From assembly GCA_018651605.1 (NCBI GenBank), contig JABIDS010000009.1, positions 19,966-83,965 of the forward strand: 64,000 bases of DNA, read 5' to 3'. The translations under genes and the position numbers were made by a program. Shown in pieces: positions 16,690 through 26,231 of the stretch. The notes under the pieces were generated by a model. That model was not told where the DNA came from. It was given only the letters and a program-made list of their open reading frames with translations, and searched no databases. Numbering within the stretch: the first letter of the stretch is position 1; every line of letters begins with the position of its first letter. This DNA comes from an archaeon (GTDB taxonomy: Archaea > Nanobdellota > Nanobdellia > Pacearchaeales > GW2011-AR1).

Positions 16690-18021
16690 TTAAAAATTTA
16701 ATTTTTGTTGATTGTCTATTAGGTGTATATTTTTTGGCTTGTATCCTAATTCTTTTGCTAAATCTACCATTGGGCCTATTTTATCGTGGCTGCCGTGAGA
16801 TGGAATTATATTTTCTGGGTTTAGTAAATTTAGGAAGTCTCTTAAGTCTTCTCTACCTGCATGTCCTGAAACATGGATGTTATTGAATAATCTTGTTCCT
16901 CTTTTTCTTAATCTCATGTCGAGTTTTTCACGATTTTCAATGTTTGATGGTGCTGGAATAACTGATGAGGAAAAGATAATATGATCTGCTTTATTAAATT
17001 GAAAAGGTAATTTATTTCTTGAGAGTCTGTCTAAAATACTTCCTGGTTCGCCTTGATGTCCTGTGCAAACAACTAAGTATTCTTCTCTTTTTTTATTTAT
17101 TTGTTTTAGTTTGCTTTCTAATTGTTTTCTGTATGTTGCTATTTCTATATCTTTCCTGAATGGACACATATCTACCCTTGTTGCAGCTCCTACATATTTA
17201 TTTAAACTTCTTCCTAAGAAGACTATTTTTCTGTTTAGTTTTTTACCGAATTCAACAATTGATTTTAATCTTGCAATATGTGAGGAGAAAGTTGTGATTA
17301 TTAGTCCTGCATTTTCATTGTTGGTTGTTAATAAGACTTCTTCAAGTAATGTTTTTGCTATTTTTTCGCTTGCTGTTTTTCTTTGATCTCCTGAATAAAG
17401 TGAATCTACAATTAAAACTTTTACTCCTTCTTTTCCTATTTCTTTTAATTTTTCATAGTTTGGTTTTTTTCCCATTGTTGGATTATTGTCTAGTTTGAAA
17501 TCGTTTGCATAAAGAATTATTCCTTCAGGTGTATGTAATGCAATTAATGAGCAATGTATTGTTGAGTGGGTTATGTTTATGAAATCAACTTTGTATCTTT
17601 TATTTTTTCCTTGAACATAGCAGAATGAGTTTGGTTGGACTACTCTTAGTTTATTTTTTAGGTGGATGTTTTCGTCTTTTAGTAGGGTTTTAAGAACTTC
17701 AATTGTGAATGGTGTTCCAATTACTTCTGCGTTGTATCTGTGTCCTAAAAATGGTATTGCTCCGATGTGGTCTAGATGTGCATGACTTGGAATTATTGCC
17801 CTTACTTTTTCTCTTAGGTTTAATTTATCTAGTAGCATATCTGAAGGTACTGCACCTATTGCTCTTAATTTCTTTTCAGTATAAGCTCTTTCAGAATTTT
17901 CTAATTCTACAATTGGTGGTAGGAAGAAACCACAGTCGAACAGGATTACGTCTTCTCCTAGATCAATTGCAGTCATGTTCTTACCAACTTCGTTATAACC
18001 GCCTATTGAATATATTTTCAT
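16690..18021 (-). CDS. rnj: RNase J-like beta-CASP/metallo-beta-lactamase ribonuclease
   Basis: N-terminal MKIYSIGGYNEVGKNMTAIDLGEDVILFDCG plus HAHLDHIGAIP (HxHxDH) motif. ~443 aa, typical of archaeal RNase J. Confidence 0.8.
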   Translation of the reverse strand: MKIYSIGGYNEVGKNMTAIDLGEDVILFDCGFFLPPIVELENSERAYTEKKLRAIGAVPSDMLLDKLNLREKVRAIIPSHAHLDHIGAIPFLGHRYNAEVIGTPFTIEVLKTLLKDENIHLKNKLRVVQPNSFCYVQGKNKRYKVDFINITHSTIHCSLIALHTPEGIILYANDFKLDNNPTMGKKPNYEKLKEIGKEGVKVLIVDSLYSGDQRKTASEKIAKTLLEEVLLTTNNENAGLIITTFSSHIARLKSIVEFGKKLNRKIVFLGRSLNKYVGAATRVDMCPFRKDIEIATYRKQLESKLKQINKKREEYLVVCTGHQGEPGSILDRLSRNKLPFQFNKADHIIFSSSVIPAPSNIENREKLDMRLRKRGTRLFNNIHVSGHAGREDLRDFLNLLNPENIIPSHGSHDKIGPMVDLAKELGYKPKNIHLIDNQQKLNF

Positions 18022-18234
18022 TTTTAGTTTCTCTTTTTTATTATTAGTAAGAATGGGTTTATATAAGTTTGGTGTGGGTTGGATTTGTGAGGATTGTTTC
18101 TTCTGGTTTTTTTGGTTTTTTGTGTTTTTTGTAACTTTTTTGTAGAAAAGGTTTTAATTAGGGGATTGCAGGGAGTTTTTACAAAAAATTAAAACACATT
18201 TCTTTAATAGTATTTTTACCTTGTTAAATTAGTT

Positions 18235-18783
18235 TTGGAATGTACTGTTGTTATTCTAGAATTAAAAAAGAAGTTGGTGAAGATTCATTTAGGCGAATTA
18301 AATTTAAAAAAGAAAATGATAGTTAAATATGGAGATGAAAGTGAAATGATAGAAAAAGCTAAACCTAGTGCAGTTTATCTGAATAATGATTTTGATAGTG
18401 AAGACTATGGAAAAGTTGCAATTGATTTGCGTGATCCTAGTGCATTGTTTTTTTCTTCTAAATATGCTAATGGAATTAATATTCTTTTTTATGTTCCTGA
18501 GGGCGATTTGAACCCTGAAAATCCTCTTGTAAGGTTGGCTGGTGAACTTTCACGTTACTCGGATATTAATGTTGGTATTTCAGAATCTGAAGATTATGAT
18601 CATGCTCATGAGGCGAATGTAATTGTAAATTATAATCCTGATTTTAATGGCCTTAGGAAAGAACTTGGAGAGTATGATGAAGGAAAGAGGGTTATTTTAG
18701 ATGGAAATCAATTTGGTGGTAAAAGATTAGATAATATTGTTAAGAGTTTGTATTCTCAACTTGTTGAAAAGAATGCTGCTTAA
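18235..18783 (+). CDS. hypothetical acidic protein
   Basis: 182-aa ORF with coding-strand composition typical of native genes. True start probably an internal Met (MIVKYGDE…). Confidence 0.45.
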   Translation: MECTVVILELKKKLVKIHLGELNLKKKMIVKYGDESEMIEKAKPSAVYLNNDFDSEDYGKVAIDLRDPSALFFSSKYANGINILFYVPEGDLNPENPLVRLAGELSRYSDINVGISESEDYDHAHEANVIVNYNPDFNGLRKELGEYDEGKRVILDGNQFGGKRLDNIVKSLYSQLVEKNAA

Positions 18784-18821
18784 TTCGAAATGTATTTATA
18801 ATTCTTTAATTTTAGTTTTCT

Positions 18822-19025
18822 ATGAATAAAGTTATGGAAACTGCAACGAGTATGATTGCGTTTAGTACTTTTTTAGTTGGATTAATTGCTACTATTTATT
18901 ATGCTAATCAAATGAAGAAATTGGAGATTATGGAAATTTTATTGGTTTCAGTAATATATATAAATGCTAATCTGTTGTTTTTGTATATTATAAAGAGGAG
19001 GGTAAATGAAAATTTTAAAAGATAA
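18822..19025 (+). CDS. hypothetical small membrane protein (67 aa)
   Basis: Two hydrophobic segments. No other support. Confidence 0.3.
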   Translation: MNKVMETATSMIAFSTFLVGLIATIYYANQMKKLEIMEILLVSVIYINANLLFLYIIKRRVNENFKR

Positions 19026-19082
19026 TTGGGCGATTGTATTATTGGTTATATTGATATTTTTATTTATTTATTTATTAATAAG

Positions 19083-19361
19083 ATGAAAGCTTTGAAGCCG
19101 TCGCATAGAGAAAGGAAGAGATATTTGTTGATTAAAGGTAATGATGCTAGTTGGTCTAAGATTGAGAAGGTGATTTTGGAGTTTGTTGGTGTTTTGGGTT
19201 TTGCTGAGGCAAGTCCTAGTGTTGTTAAGTCTTTGAAGGGGAGAGTTGTTTTGGCTATTAATCGTGGGGCGTTAGATAAAGTTCGTGCTGCGTTTTTAAT
19301 GAGTGGGAAGAATTTGGAGATTGTTAAGGTTAGTGGTAGTTTGAAGGGGTTGGGGAAGTGA
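19083..19361 (+). CDS. rnp2: RNase P protein subunit Pop5 (Rnp2)
   Basis: MKALKPSHRERKRYLLIKG… matches the archaeal Pop5 N-terminal LPP(S/T)LR(E/D)KKRY(I/L) signature and C-terminal …LxIVKVSGSLKGL. Start taken at the ATG at 19083 inside the longer track ORF. Confidence 0.7.
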   Translation: MKALKPSHRERKRYLLIKGNDASWSKIEKVILEFVGVLGFAEASPSVVKSLKGRVVLAINRGALDKVRAAFLMSGKNLEIVKVSGSLKGLGK

Positions 19362-19470
19362 GGGGTGTTGGGAAGGTTAAGTAACTTGGTTCGCTTTTGC
19401 TCACAACTTATTTTATGGTTCAACTGCCGGCTTTCGCCTGGCAGTTTCTCTAATTTTTCTTAATATTGTG
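19362..19470 (+). ncRNA. candidate structured ncRNA / repeat (family B, copy 1): GGGGTGTT…TTGGTTCGC…hairpin aactgcc[GGCTTTCGCC]tggcagtt + T-tract
   Basis: ~85% similar to 27330-27470. Hairpin 19422-19446 has fully compensatory stem changes relative to the second copy, with a conserved loop GGCTTyCGCC. Followed by taattttt. Confidence 0.5.
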
Positions 19471-19563
19471 TAAATTTTAGAAATTAGGAGGATGAGTTTT
19501 ATCCTTAAGTTAAGATTCTATTTTAGCAATCAGATTTAAAAACCTCTTTATCTAATTAATAGT

Positions 19564-20301
19564 ATGGATATTAATGATATAGAGAATTTTGAAAAAGAAA
19601 AATCAAAATACTCTAAGAAGGACTTTAATGAAATAAAGTCCTCCATTAAAAAAGCATGGAAATGGATTTGGAATTCTGATTCTATTTTGAGTTGGATTGT
19701 GGCTCTTGGTTTTATATTTGTTGTTGTAAAGTTTGTTTTCTTTCCTGGGCTTTCTTTAATTATGGGGACATCGTTGCCTTTGGCTGGTGTGGAGTCGTCT
19801 TCAATGGATCATCAAATTGTTAAGGATGATTTGGGGCGTTTGAATTTATGTGGGAATAGTTATTCTAGTTCTGAAAAAGAGTGGATTAATTTTAATGAGT
19901 ATTGGGATGCTTGTGGTGATTGGTATGATGATGTTGATATTAGTAAGAATGAGTTTTCAGATTTTTCATTGAAGAATGGATTTAGAAAAGGAGATATTAT
20001 AATTGTCTGGGGACGTTTTAGTCCGAAGGTTGGAGATGTTGTTATTTTTCAACCTAATTCTGGTTCTTTGGCTCCTCGTCCTATAATTCATAGGATTGTT
20101 TCTATTGATGGTGATGGAGTTATTGCTACGAAAGGTGATCATAATGCTGGGCAGTTAAATGGAAATAATAATTATTATAAAACTGATGAGACAAATATTG
20201 GGGAGTCGCAGTTGATTGGTAAGGCTGTTTTGAAGGTTCCTTATTTGGGGTGGGTTAAGATTTGGTTTGTAGATTTGGTGAAGATGGTTATGGGAAGATA
20301 G
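19564..20301 (+). CDS. signal peptidase I (S26/Sec11-type)
   Basis: N-terminal TM. Catalytic-Ser box GVESSSMDH. GDIIIV and IHRIV boxes typical of archaeal type I signal peptidase. Confidence 0.75.
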   Translation: MDINDIENFEKEKSKYSKKDFNEIKSSIKKAWKWIWNSDSILSWIVALGFIFVVVKFVFFPGLSLIMGTSLPLAGVESSSMDHQIVKDDLGRLNLCGNSYSSSEKEWINFNEYWDACGDWYDDVDISKNEFSDFSLKNGFRKGDIIIVWGRFSPKVGDVVIFQPNSGSLAPRPIIHRIVSIDGDGVIATKGDHNAGQLNGNNNYYKTDETNIGESQLIGKAVLKVPYLGWVKIWFVDLVKMVMGR

Positions 20302-20434
20302 TTGGGTTCCTTGAGAATAGAGTTAGGGGGTGGTTTGTTATGACTGTGGAATTGTAAAGTTTTATAGAAACCTTTTTAAAGAATTTTTATTAAGATAAGG
20401 AGTTATAAAAAGTTAAATTAACATTAAAAATAAA

Positions 20435-20746
20435 ATGGAATTTTGTCCGAAATGTGGTTGTGTATTGGTTGAGAAAAAGAATAAGACTTTTGGTTGTCCT
20501 AGGTGTAGTTATAAGTCTAAGGATAAGGTGAAGTTGGAGACTTCTGAGAATATTGAAACAAAGAAAGAGATAACTGTTATAACTGATAATAGTGTTGATG
20601 TTTTTCCTGTGATAAATGCGACGTGTCCTAAGTGTGATAATAAAGAGGCTTATTTTTGGACGAGTCAGACTCGGGCTGGAGATGAAGCTGAGACGCGGTT
20701 TTTTAGGTGTACTAAGTGTCGGCATACATGGCGAGAGTATCACTAA
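20435..20746 (+). CDS. tfs: transcription factor S / RNA polymerase subunit M (TFS, zinc ribbon)
   Basis: N-terminal CPKC…CPRC and C-terminal CPKCDNKEAYFWTSQTRAGDEAETRFFRCTKCRHTW (TFIIS-type Zn ribbon with acidic hairpin). Confidence 0.85.
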   Translation: MEFCPKCGCVLVEKKNKTFGCPRCSYKSKDKVKLETSENIETKKEITVITDNSVDVFPVINATCPKCDNKEAYFWTSQTRAGDEAETRFFRCTKCRHTWREYH

Positions 20747-20784
20747 GGTGATAGTTTTATAAAATATGTTGAATAATAATTCTT

Positions 20785-21471
20785 ATGAATAAGTTTAAAA
20801 CCAAAAATTATGAAATAATAAGTAAAGGAAAAATTACTGAAAAAATTATAAAAATATGTAAGGATTATTATAAAACAAATAAATTATTTTTTAATAAAGA
20901 TGGACCTTATTTAAAAATTATAATAACAAATACTGAGGAGGAATTTAAGAGATTGACTAAAAAATTTTACTCTCCTTGGGTAAAAGGAGTAAGTTTGAAA
21001 GGAAATAGGGTAATTTTAAGGGGTCCTGAATTGTATAAAAAAACTTATAAAAAATTTAAGGGTACTCAAAATCCTCAATTGTTGTTGACCCATGAAATTA
21101 ATCATATCTTTGCTTATCAAATTAATTTATATCGTGGACCTTATTGGTTTACTGAAGGATTAGCAACATATGTTGCAAAACAAATTCCTGGAAAGAGTTA
21201 TAAGAAAAGTTCAAAAATAACTAAGGAAGAAGCAAAAAGATTGATGTTTTATAGATTTATGCATAAAAATTTGAAACAAGATATGTATGTGGTTCATTAT
21301 AAGGCAATTGATTATCTTATAAAAAAATTTGGTAAAAAGAAATTATTAAAGTTAGTTAATTCTTATTCTAGAAATCTAAATAAAAAAAAGTATTTGAATT
21401 TGTTTAATAAGATATATGGAATTTCCTATGGGGATTTTATTAATGAATTTATAAAAGATACTAATTTTTAG
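20785..21471 (+). CDS. hypothetical Lys-rich protein with HExxH (HEINH) motif, possible metallopeptidase
   Basis: 228 aa, A-rich coding strand unlike native genes. LLLTHEINHIFAY. Confidence 0.45.
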   Translation: MNKFKTKNYEIISKGKITEKIIKICKDYYKTNKLFFNKDGPYLKIIITNTEEEFKRLTKKFYSPWVKGVSLKGNRVILRGPELYKKTYKKFKGTQNPQLLLTHEINHIFAYQINLYRGPYWFTEGLATYVAKQIPGKSYKKSSKITKEEAKRLMFYRFMHKNLKQDMYVVHYKAIDYLIKKFGKKKLLKLVNSYSRNLNKKKYLNLFNKIYGISYGDFINEFIKDTNF

Positions 21472-21656
21472 TTGTAGTATTTGGTGGGGGTATCACTTCG
21501 CCAATAACTTTAACAACTCTTTATCTTGAAGCATTACTATGGCTATTGCTAGTTTTCTTTGTTCATCTTTTTGTTTTTCGATTTTTGAATCGTTTCTTGC
21601 TCTGGTTTTTAATACTTTTTGGTATTTTATTTTTTTCATTTTATTTTTTGTTGTTT

Positions 21657-22205
21657 TTATTTATTTAATATTATATCAATAATGTAATCTTTAAGATTTT
21701 TTGAGTTTTTATTAATATATTTTTTTATCCATGTTTTTGCGCTTTTGAATGATATTTTGCTATTGTGGGATACTAGTTCTCTGATAAATATATCTGTAGG
21801 GTTTATCTTGGGGATTTCTAATTTATATCCTTTTGTTAGTAAGTGCGCCTTTGCTGTAATAAATGCGGCTCTTTTATTTCCATCTATAAAAAAATGTCCT
21901 TTTTTTGCAATTTCGTTAATGATAATTATTGTTATCCCTGATATGTCATTTGGAAAGTTTGATTCATAACTAATTATGTTATATGAGGCATTGTAGATTC
22001 CTCCTTCATCTCTTATTCCTTTATCTTCTTTTATCTCCATTGCGCCCTCATGACTTTGTTTTATTAATCTAATCATACTTTCTATTTCCTGTTTTGAAGG
22101 CTTTTTTCTTTCTTTATTCCAATAAGGGCTATTACAATTAGGACAAAATCTAGGACTTTCTTTTCTTGTTTTCCATTCATGATTGCATCTTAGACATTTA
22201 CTCAT
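21657..22205 (-). CDS. Fic/Doc-family protein (Doc-type toxin) fused to N-terminal zinc ribbon
   Basis: N-terminal CLRCNHEW…CPNCNSPYW. Doc-type motif GHFFIDGNKRAAF (HxFxDGNKR). No Phd-like partner ORF upstream. Confidence 0.65.
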   Translation of the reverse strand: MSKCLRCNHEWKTRKESPRFCPNCNSPYWNKERKKPSKQEIESMIRLIKQSHEGAMEIKEDKGIRDEGGIYNASYNIISYESNFPNDISGITIIIINEIAKKGHFFIDGNKRAAFITAKAHLLTKGYKLEIPKINPTDIFIRELVSHNSKISFKSAKTWIKKYINKNSKNLKDYIIDIILNK

Positions 22206-22359
22206 TTTATTCTATATAGTTTAATTAAGCTATATAGGTATATCTAACTATATAAATGTATTGATTGTTGATCTAGGGGTTATTAGTTTTATATTAACTA
22301 CTCTATTACAATAAAAATTTTCCTACTAAATTTAAATAATATTAATTCTTGTATATTGT

Positions 22360-22800
22360 ATGGGAATTTTGGGTAGGATTCGGGAATTGGAAAAAGGTTT
22401 GGGTGCAATTGTTGTTGTTCAGGAAGTGGAGTATCATAAGGAAAAAGTAGGTGTGTTGAATTTTGAAGATGAATGGTGTTCGGATTTTAGGAGAGTTGTT
22501 GATAAGCCAAGGATTACTCTGCCGGATGTTTTGAGAAGAAAAGTGGCAAAAGATGAATTAAGGAAAATCTATAATGATTCTAAATGTTATCAACTTATTA
22601 GAAAGTATTTGTGTGAAAAGGTTGTGTGGCGAGTTGGGTTAAGGGATGTGGAAAGGAGGAGAGAAGAGTTAGATATGAAGAAGCAGGCAGATGAATATTC
22701 TGGGTTGTTGGAAGAGGAAAGAAGGTTGAAGAAGATTCCTAAAAAGATAGTTGTTAATCTTGAGGGTAGGTCTTATGAATTTAATGATTTTGATTTTTAG
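22360..22800 (+). CDS. hypothetical protein
   Basis: 146-aa charged ORF with native-like composition. Confidence 0.4.
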   Translation: MGILGRIRELEKGLGAIVVVQEVEYHKEKVGVLNFEDEWCSDFRRVVDKPRITLPDVLRRKVAKDELRKIYNDSKCYQLIRKYLCEKVVWRVGLRDVERRREELDMKKQADEYSGLLEEERRLKKIPKKIVVNLEGRSYEFNDFDF

Positions 22801-22847
22801 AGTTGTTACTAGTTGAATATATTGTATAAATTAAAAATTAATTAATA

Positions 22848-23027
22848 TTATCTTTTCTTAGAAGTTTTCTTAGCTTTCTTTTTCTTGACAGGTTTTTTCT
22901 TTGATTCAGTTATAGCTGATTCAAGTTTTTCCTGTTGTTCTGCTAATCTTAGAATTTGATCTTTTATCTCTAAAATATCTTTTCTAACTTCGCTGAATGA
23001 TTTTTTTAGGTTTGTTTCGATACTCAT
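22848..23027 (-). CDS. possible small basic coiled-coil protein (~59 aa; below ORF-track cutoff)
   Basis: Manual translation MSIETNLKKSFSEVRKDILEIKDQILRLAEQQEKLESAITESKKKPVKKKKAKKTSKKR. Coordinates approximate. Confidence 0.2.
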   Translation of the reverse strand: MSIETNLKKSFSEVRKDILEIKDQILRLAEQQEKLESAITESKKKPVKKKKAKKTSKKR

Positions 23028-23146
23028 TTTATTATGTTGTTTTTAGTTATTGGTAGTATATAAAGGTTTTGATTAGTGTCATTTTAAAGTGGTATGTTTG
23101 AATGAAATATAGAAACCTTTAAAAATAACTATTATGGAGTTAAATT

Positions 23147-23773
23147 ATGAATAATGATACAAACTATTGGATAGAAATGAGTAATTTCCCTGAATCATAT
23201 TCTCTTTTGTTCAGAGAAGAAGAAAGATTATTAGATAAATATATCGGAGATCATGCAAATGTATTAGATCTGGGGTGCGGAGATGGTAGATCCTTAAAAC
23301 AATTATCACAAAAAACAAAAAATTTAGTTGGAGTTGATCATGATAAAAAAATAGTAAAAAAAGCTAATAGGGATTTACCTAATATAAAGATAATTTATAG
23401 CGAAGGGACAAGCCTTCCATTTGATGATGGATATTTTGATAATGTTTTATGTTTAGGAACTTTTACTAATTTGGGTGATGAAAGGATTAAAGTTTTGAGT
23501 GAAATGAAAAGAGTTTTAGATAGAAATGGTTCAATAATTATAACTGCTTATTCTGAGGATGCATTAGAAGACAGGTTAAAATTGTATGGAAGTAGCAATG
23601 TTGAAATAGAAGAAATAAAACCAAATGGAACTGTTTTGTTTAGAGATTCTGTAGATTCAATTTCAGAACAGTTTTCAAGAAGTGAATTAGAAACTATAAT
23701 TAGTAAGGCAGGTCTTAAGATAATGGAACTTAATAAAGCTGGAATTGTATATTCTGGTGTTCTTGGAAAATAA
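23147..23773 (+). CDS. class I SAM-dependent methyltransferase
   Basis: Motif I VLDLGCGDGRS, post-I acidic residue, motif II/III region. A-rich, foreign-like composition. Confidence 0.7.
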   Translation: MNNDTNYWIEMSNFPESYSLLFREEERLLDKYIGDHANVLDLGCGDGRSLKQLSQKTKNLVGVDHDKKIVKKANRDLPNIKIIYSEGTSLPFDDGYFDNVLCLGTFTNLGDERIKVLSEMKRVLDRNGSIIITAYSEDALEDRLKLYGSSNVEIEEIKPNGTVLFRDSVDSISEQFSRSELETIISKAGLKIMELNKAGIVYSGVLGK

Positions 23774-23829
23774 AGATTAATTTATTTGAAACCAAAGATT
23801 AAAAAAGGCTTTTTTTCTTATTAATTTAT

Positions 23830-23904
23830 GGCTTGTTAGCTCAGTCTGGTTAGAGCACTAGACTCTTAATCTAGGTGTCGGGAGTTCAAATCTCCCACAG
23901 GCCA
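23830..23904 (+). tRNA. tRNA-Lys (anticodon CTT), 75 nt, no encoded CCA
   Basis: Manual cloverleaf: acceptor GGCTTGT/ACAGGCC; D arm GCTC-AGTCTGGTTA-GAGC; anticodon arm CTAGA-CTCTTAA-TCTAG; T arm GGGAG-TTCAAAT-CTCCC; discriminator A. Confidence 0.85.
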
Positions 23905-23975
23905 TTTATATCTTAACACTAAATCTAAGATGTAGAAAATTATGAAGGATTAAATACATTTAGATATTTTGTAGC

Positions 23976-24719
23976 CTACTTGATCTTCTCACCTGACTCC
24001 CAAAGCATATAAAAATATTTTTTTAAACTATCAGCTAAAGAATCATTTTTAATCCATAGTGATAAATATTTATCTCCTTCAACAATCCTTATAGTAACAT
24101 CACTATCATCAATAATAGTAAATTTTGTAGTAATAAGAGGAATTTTTCTAATTTCAGCATTAATTTTCTTCCAGACTTTTAATTTATCGCTAGTTGCCTC
24201 CTCATCACTTGTTAAAATCTTAATCTTGACATTATCTTTAGCATTTTTTTCATAAGAATCGATATGAGGTTTATATGTTGAAAGTTCAGAAATTGTCAAC
24301 CATTCCCTTCTAACATTCTTATGAAGACTCACAGAAAGATTAAGATAATTCTTATAACCTTCAACAATTTTTATTTTATCAATCACTTCATCCTTGTTAA
24401 TCATAGCAAGTTCCCCTAATTCATTCATAATCCTGTCAGAATTATTAATAAAATTATCTAGTTCTTTTTCTTTTTTTTCTTTTAAGTAATTAAAGATTAT
24501 CTTAGGTGCAACTGAAACGAACTTTTTCGGACTACCGTCATACTTTTTTACAAATCCTTTGGCAGTTAAAGACTCTAATACTGAATATATCTTACTATTT
24601 GGAATTAAAGATTCCTTTGATATCTTATATGCAGTTGATATCCCATTTTTTATTAAATATATGTATGCCTTTGATTCATTAGTTGTCAAACCAAATTGCT
24701 TTAATTTCTCCATAATCAT
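23976..24719 (-). CDS. TrmB-family transcriptional regulator
   Basis: N-terminal wHTH LKQFGLTTNESKAYIYLIKNGISTAYKISKESLIPNSKIYSVLESLTAKGFV matches the TrmB signature. 247 aa. Confidence 0.7.
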   Translation of the reverse strand: MIMEKLKQFGLTTNESKAYIYLIKNGISTAYKISKESLIPNSKIYSVLESLTAKGFVKKYDGSPKKFVSVAPKIIFNYLKEKKEKELDNFINNSDRIMNELGELAMINKDEVIDKIKIVEGYKNYLNLSVSLHKNVRREWLTISELSTYKPHIDSYEKNAKDNVKIKILTSDEEATSDKLKVWKKINAEIRKIPLITTKFTIIDDSDVTIRIVEGDKYLSLWIKNDSLADSLKKYFYMLWESGEKIK

Positions 24720-24772
24720 AACTACCCAAGGGGGTTACTATTATATAAATATTTCTATTTATTATTTTTTTC

Positions 24773-25462
24773 ATGTCAAAAAAACTTATAAACCAACATG
24801 AAGAATTAAAAGAACAAAATATACGTAAACCACTTTATCCTTGGGCTCCAGAAATATATAATAATATGATGAACCCAATTTCACTTGAACCAATTAAAGA
24901 AAGAGCATGGAATCACTTTCTTTGGAACCTTGGTTTAACAATTACCTGGCCTATTACTGCACCCGGTTCATTTATTTGGGCCATGCAAAGAAATCTAAGA
25001 GGTAAGGGGCATTTTTCTGATGGATATATTGTTCTAGGATGTTTAACAGCACCCTACATCTTAGCTACAGAATCTAAAAGTTTCTTAACCAAAAGAACTG
25101 TAGCATTAAAATTTTCAAATATTGATGAATTATTAGAAGAAGAAACTATTTTAACAAAACCTGATGGAATAAATCCGGGGATTCGTTTTAGTACAAGAGA
25201 TAGAGGTAAAGACAGCCCTTATAGATTTGGAGACTCTTCTTCGAATACTGATAGATATGGATTTCTAGATTTAATTTTCCCAGATAACTTAGCTTTAGAT
25301 GATTTTTCAGCAATGTATTATGCAACTGCTAATAGAGAAAATCCTGGAAATCTGTATTTAGATTGTGAATATTTTCTAAAAGTAAATCCAGATGATACAA
25401 GAAGACTTTATGAAGAATTTGAAAAAGTGAGAAAACCTGGAGCAAATGATTTAAGAAAATAA
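24773..25462 (+). CDS. hypothetical protein
   Basis: 229-aa ORF between the two tRNA-Lys copies. No recognisable motif. Confidence 0.45.
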   Translation: MSKKLINQHEELKEQNIRKPLYPWAPEIYNNMMNPISLEPIKERAWNHFLWNLGLTITWPITAPGSFIWAMQRNLRGKGHFSDGYIVLGCLTAPYILATESKSFLTKRTVALKFSNIDELLEEETILTKPDGINPGIRFSTRDRGKDSPYRFGDSSSNTDRYGFLDLIFPDNLALDDFSAMYYATANRENPGNLYLDCEYFLKVNPDDTRRLYEEFEKVRKPGANDLRK

Positions 25463-25603
25463 GTAAAGTTAGTACTATCAACTGTTTAAGATAATTTTTT
25501 CTAAAATAGACACTGTGTCATATATAATCCAAAACTCTTAATCCAACACATATATCAATAAGAAAATTAAAAAACCATAAATACCTCATAAATTCATACT
25601 CAT

Positions 25604-25678
25604 GGCTTGTTAGCTCAGTCTGGTTAGAGCACTAGACTCTTAATCTAGGTGTCGGGAGTTCAAATCTCCCACAGGCCA
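25604..25678 (+). tRNA. tRNA-Lys (anticodon CTT), second identical copy
   Basis: 75/75 identical to 23830-23904. Confidence 0.85.
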
Positions 25679-25782
25679 TTTATGGCAGAGATTTTCACTC
25701 CAAGGAGTTTCCATAAAGGATGACTCAAAGGTTATTTGAGCCGCAAATCTCATCAGGCCATTTAAATTAATGTTAATAATTA

Positions 25783-26229
25783 TTAATCTCTTGAAATTAT
25801 TGAATTGAAGTCTAAATCATATGTTTTTCTTTGAATAACCTCAGAAGTAGTATCCGGATGTTTCTCCCTTGCATCTGAATAAATTACAGATAATTGATTC
25901 ACAAATTCATCATAATTTAATACTATTTCAGAACCTATTATATTTGGTACTCCAGATACAAAAGATAAGAATTGAAAATGATTTCTATAATTATCATTTC
26001 CTCTCATAGCTTCTTCAAACTCATTAGGAGAATTTCCGATAGTATCAACTGATTGAAGGACTTTATGAGCAAATTGTCCCACTACGGTTTCAATAGATTC
26101 ATTAATCCTTCTAATCTCTGATTCTTGTTTTTGAGTTACCATACGGATAATCTTCAGATATTTACTATATAAATCCTTCGATTTTAACAAATATACTAAA
26201 AAATAATCACTGTGCCATATATAATCCAA
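25783..26229 (-). CDS. hypothetical protein
   Basis: 148-aa ORF immediately followed by a tRNA-Lys 3' fragment. Confidence 0.4.
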   Translation of the reverse strand: MDYIWHSDYFLVYLLKSKDLYSKYLKIIRMVTQKQESEIRRINESIETVVGQFAHKVLQSVDTIGNSPNEFEEAMRGNDNYRNHFQFLSFVSGVPNIIGSEIVLNYDEFVNQLSVIYSDAREKHPDTTSEVIQRKTYDLDFNSIISRD

Positions 26230-26231
26230 TA

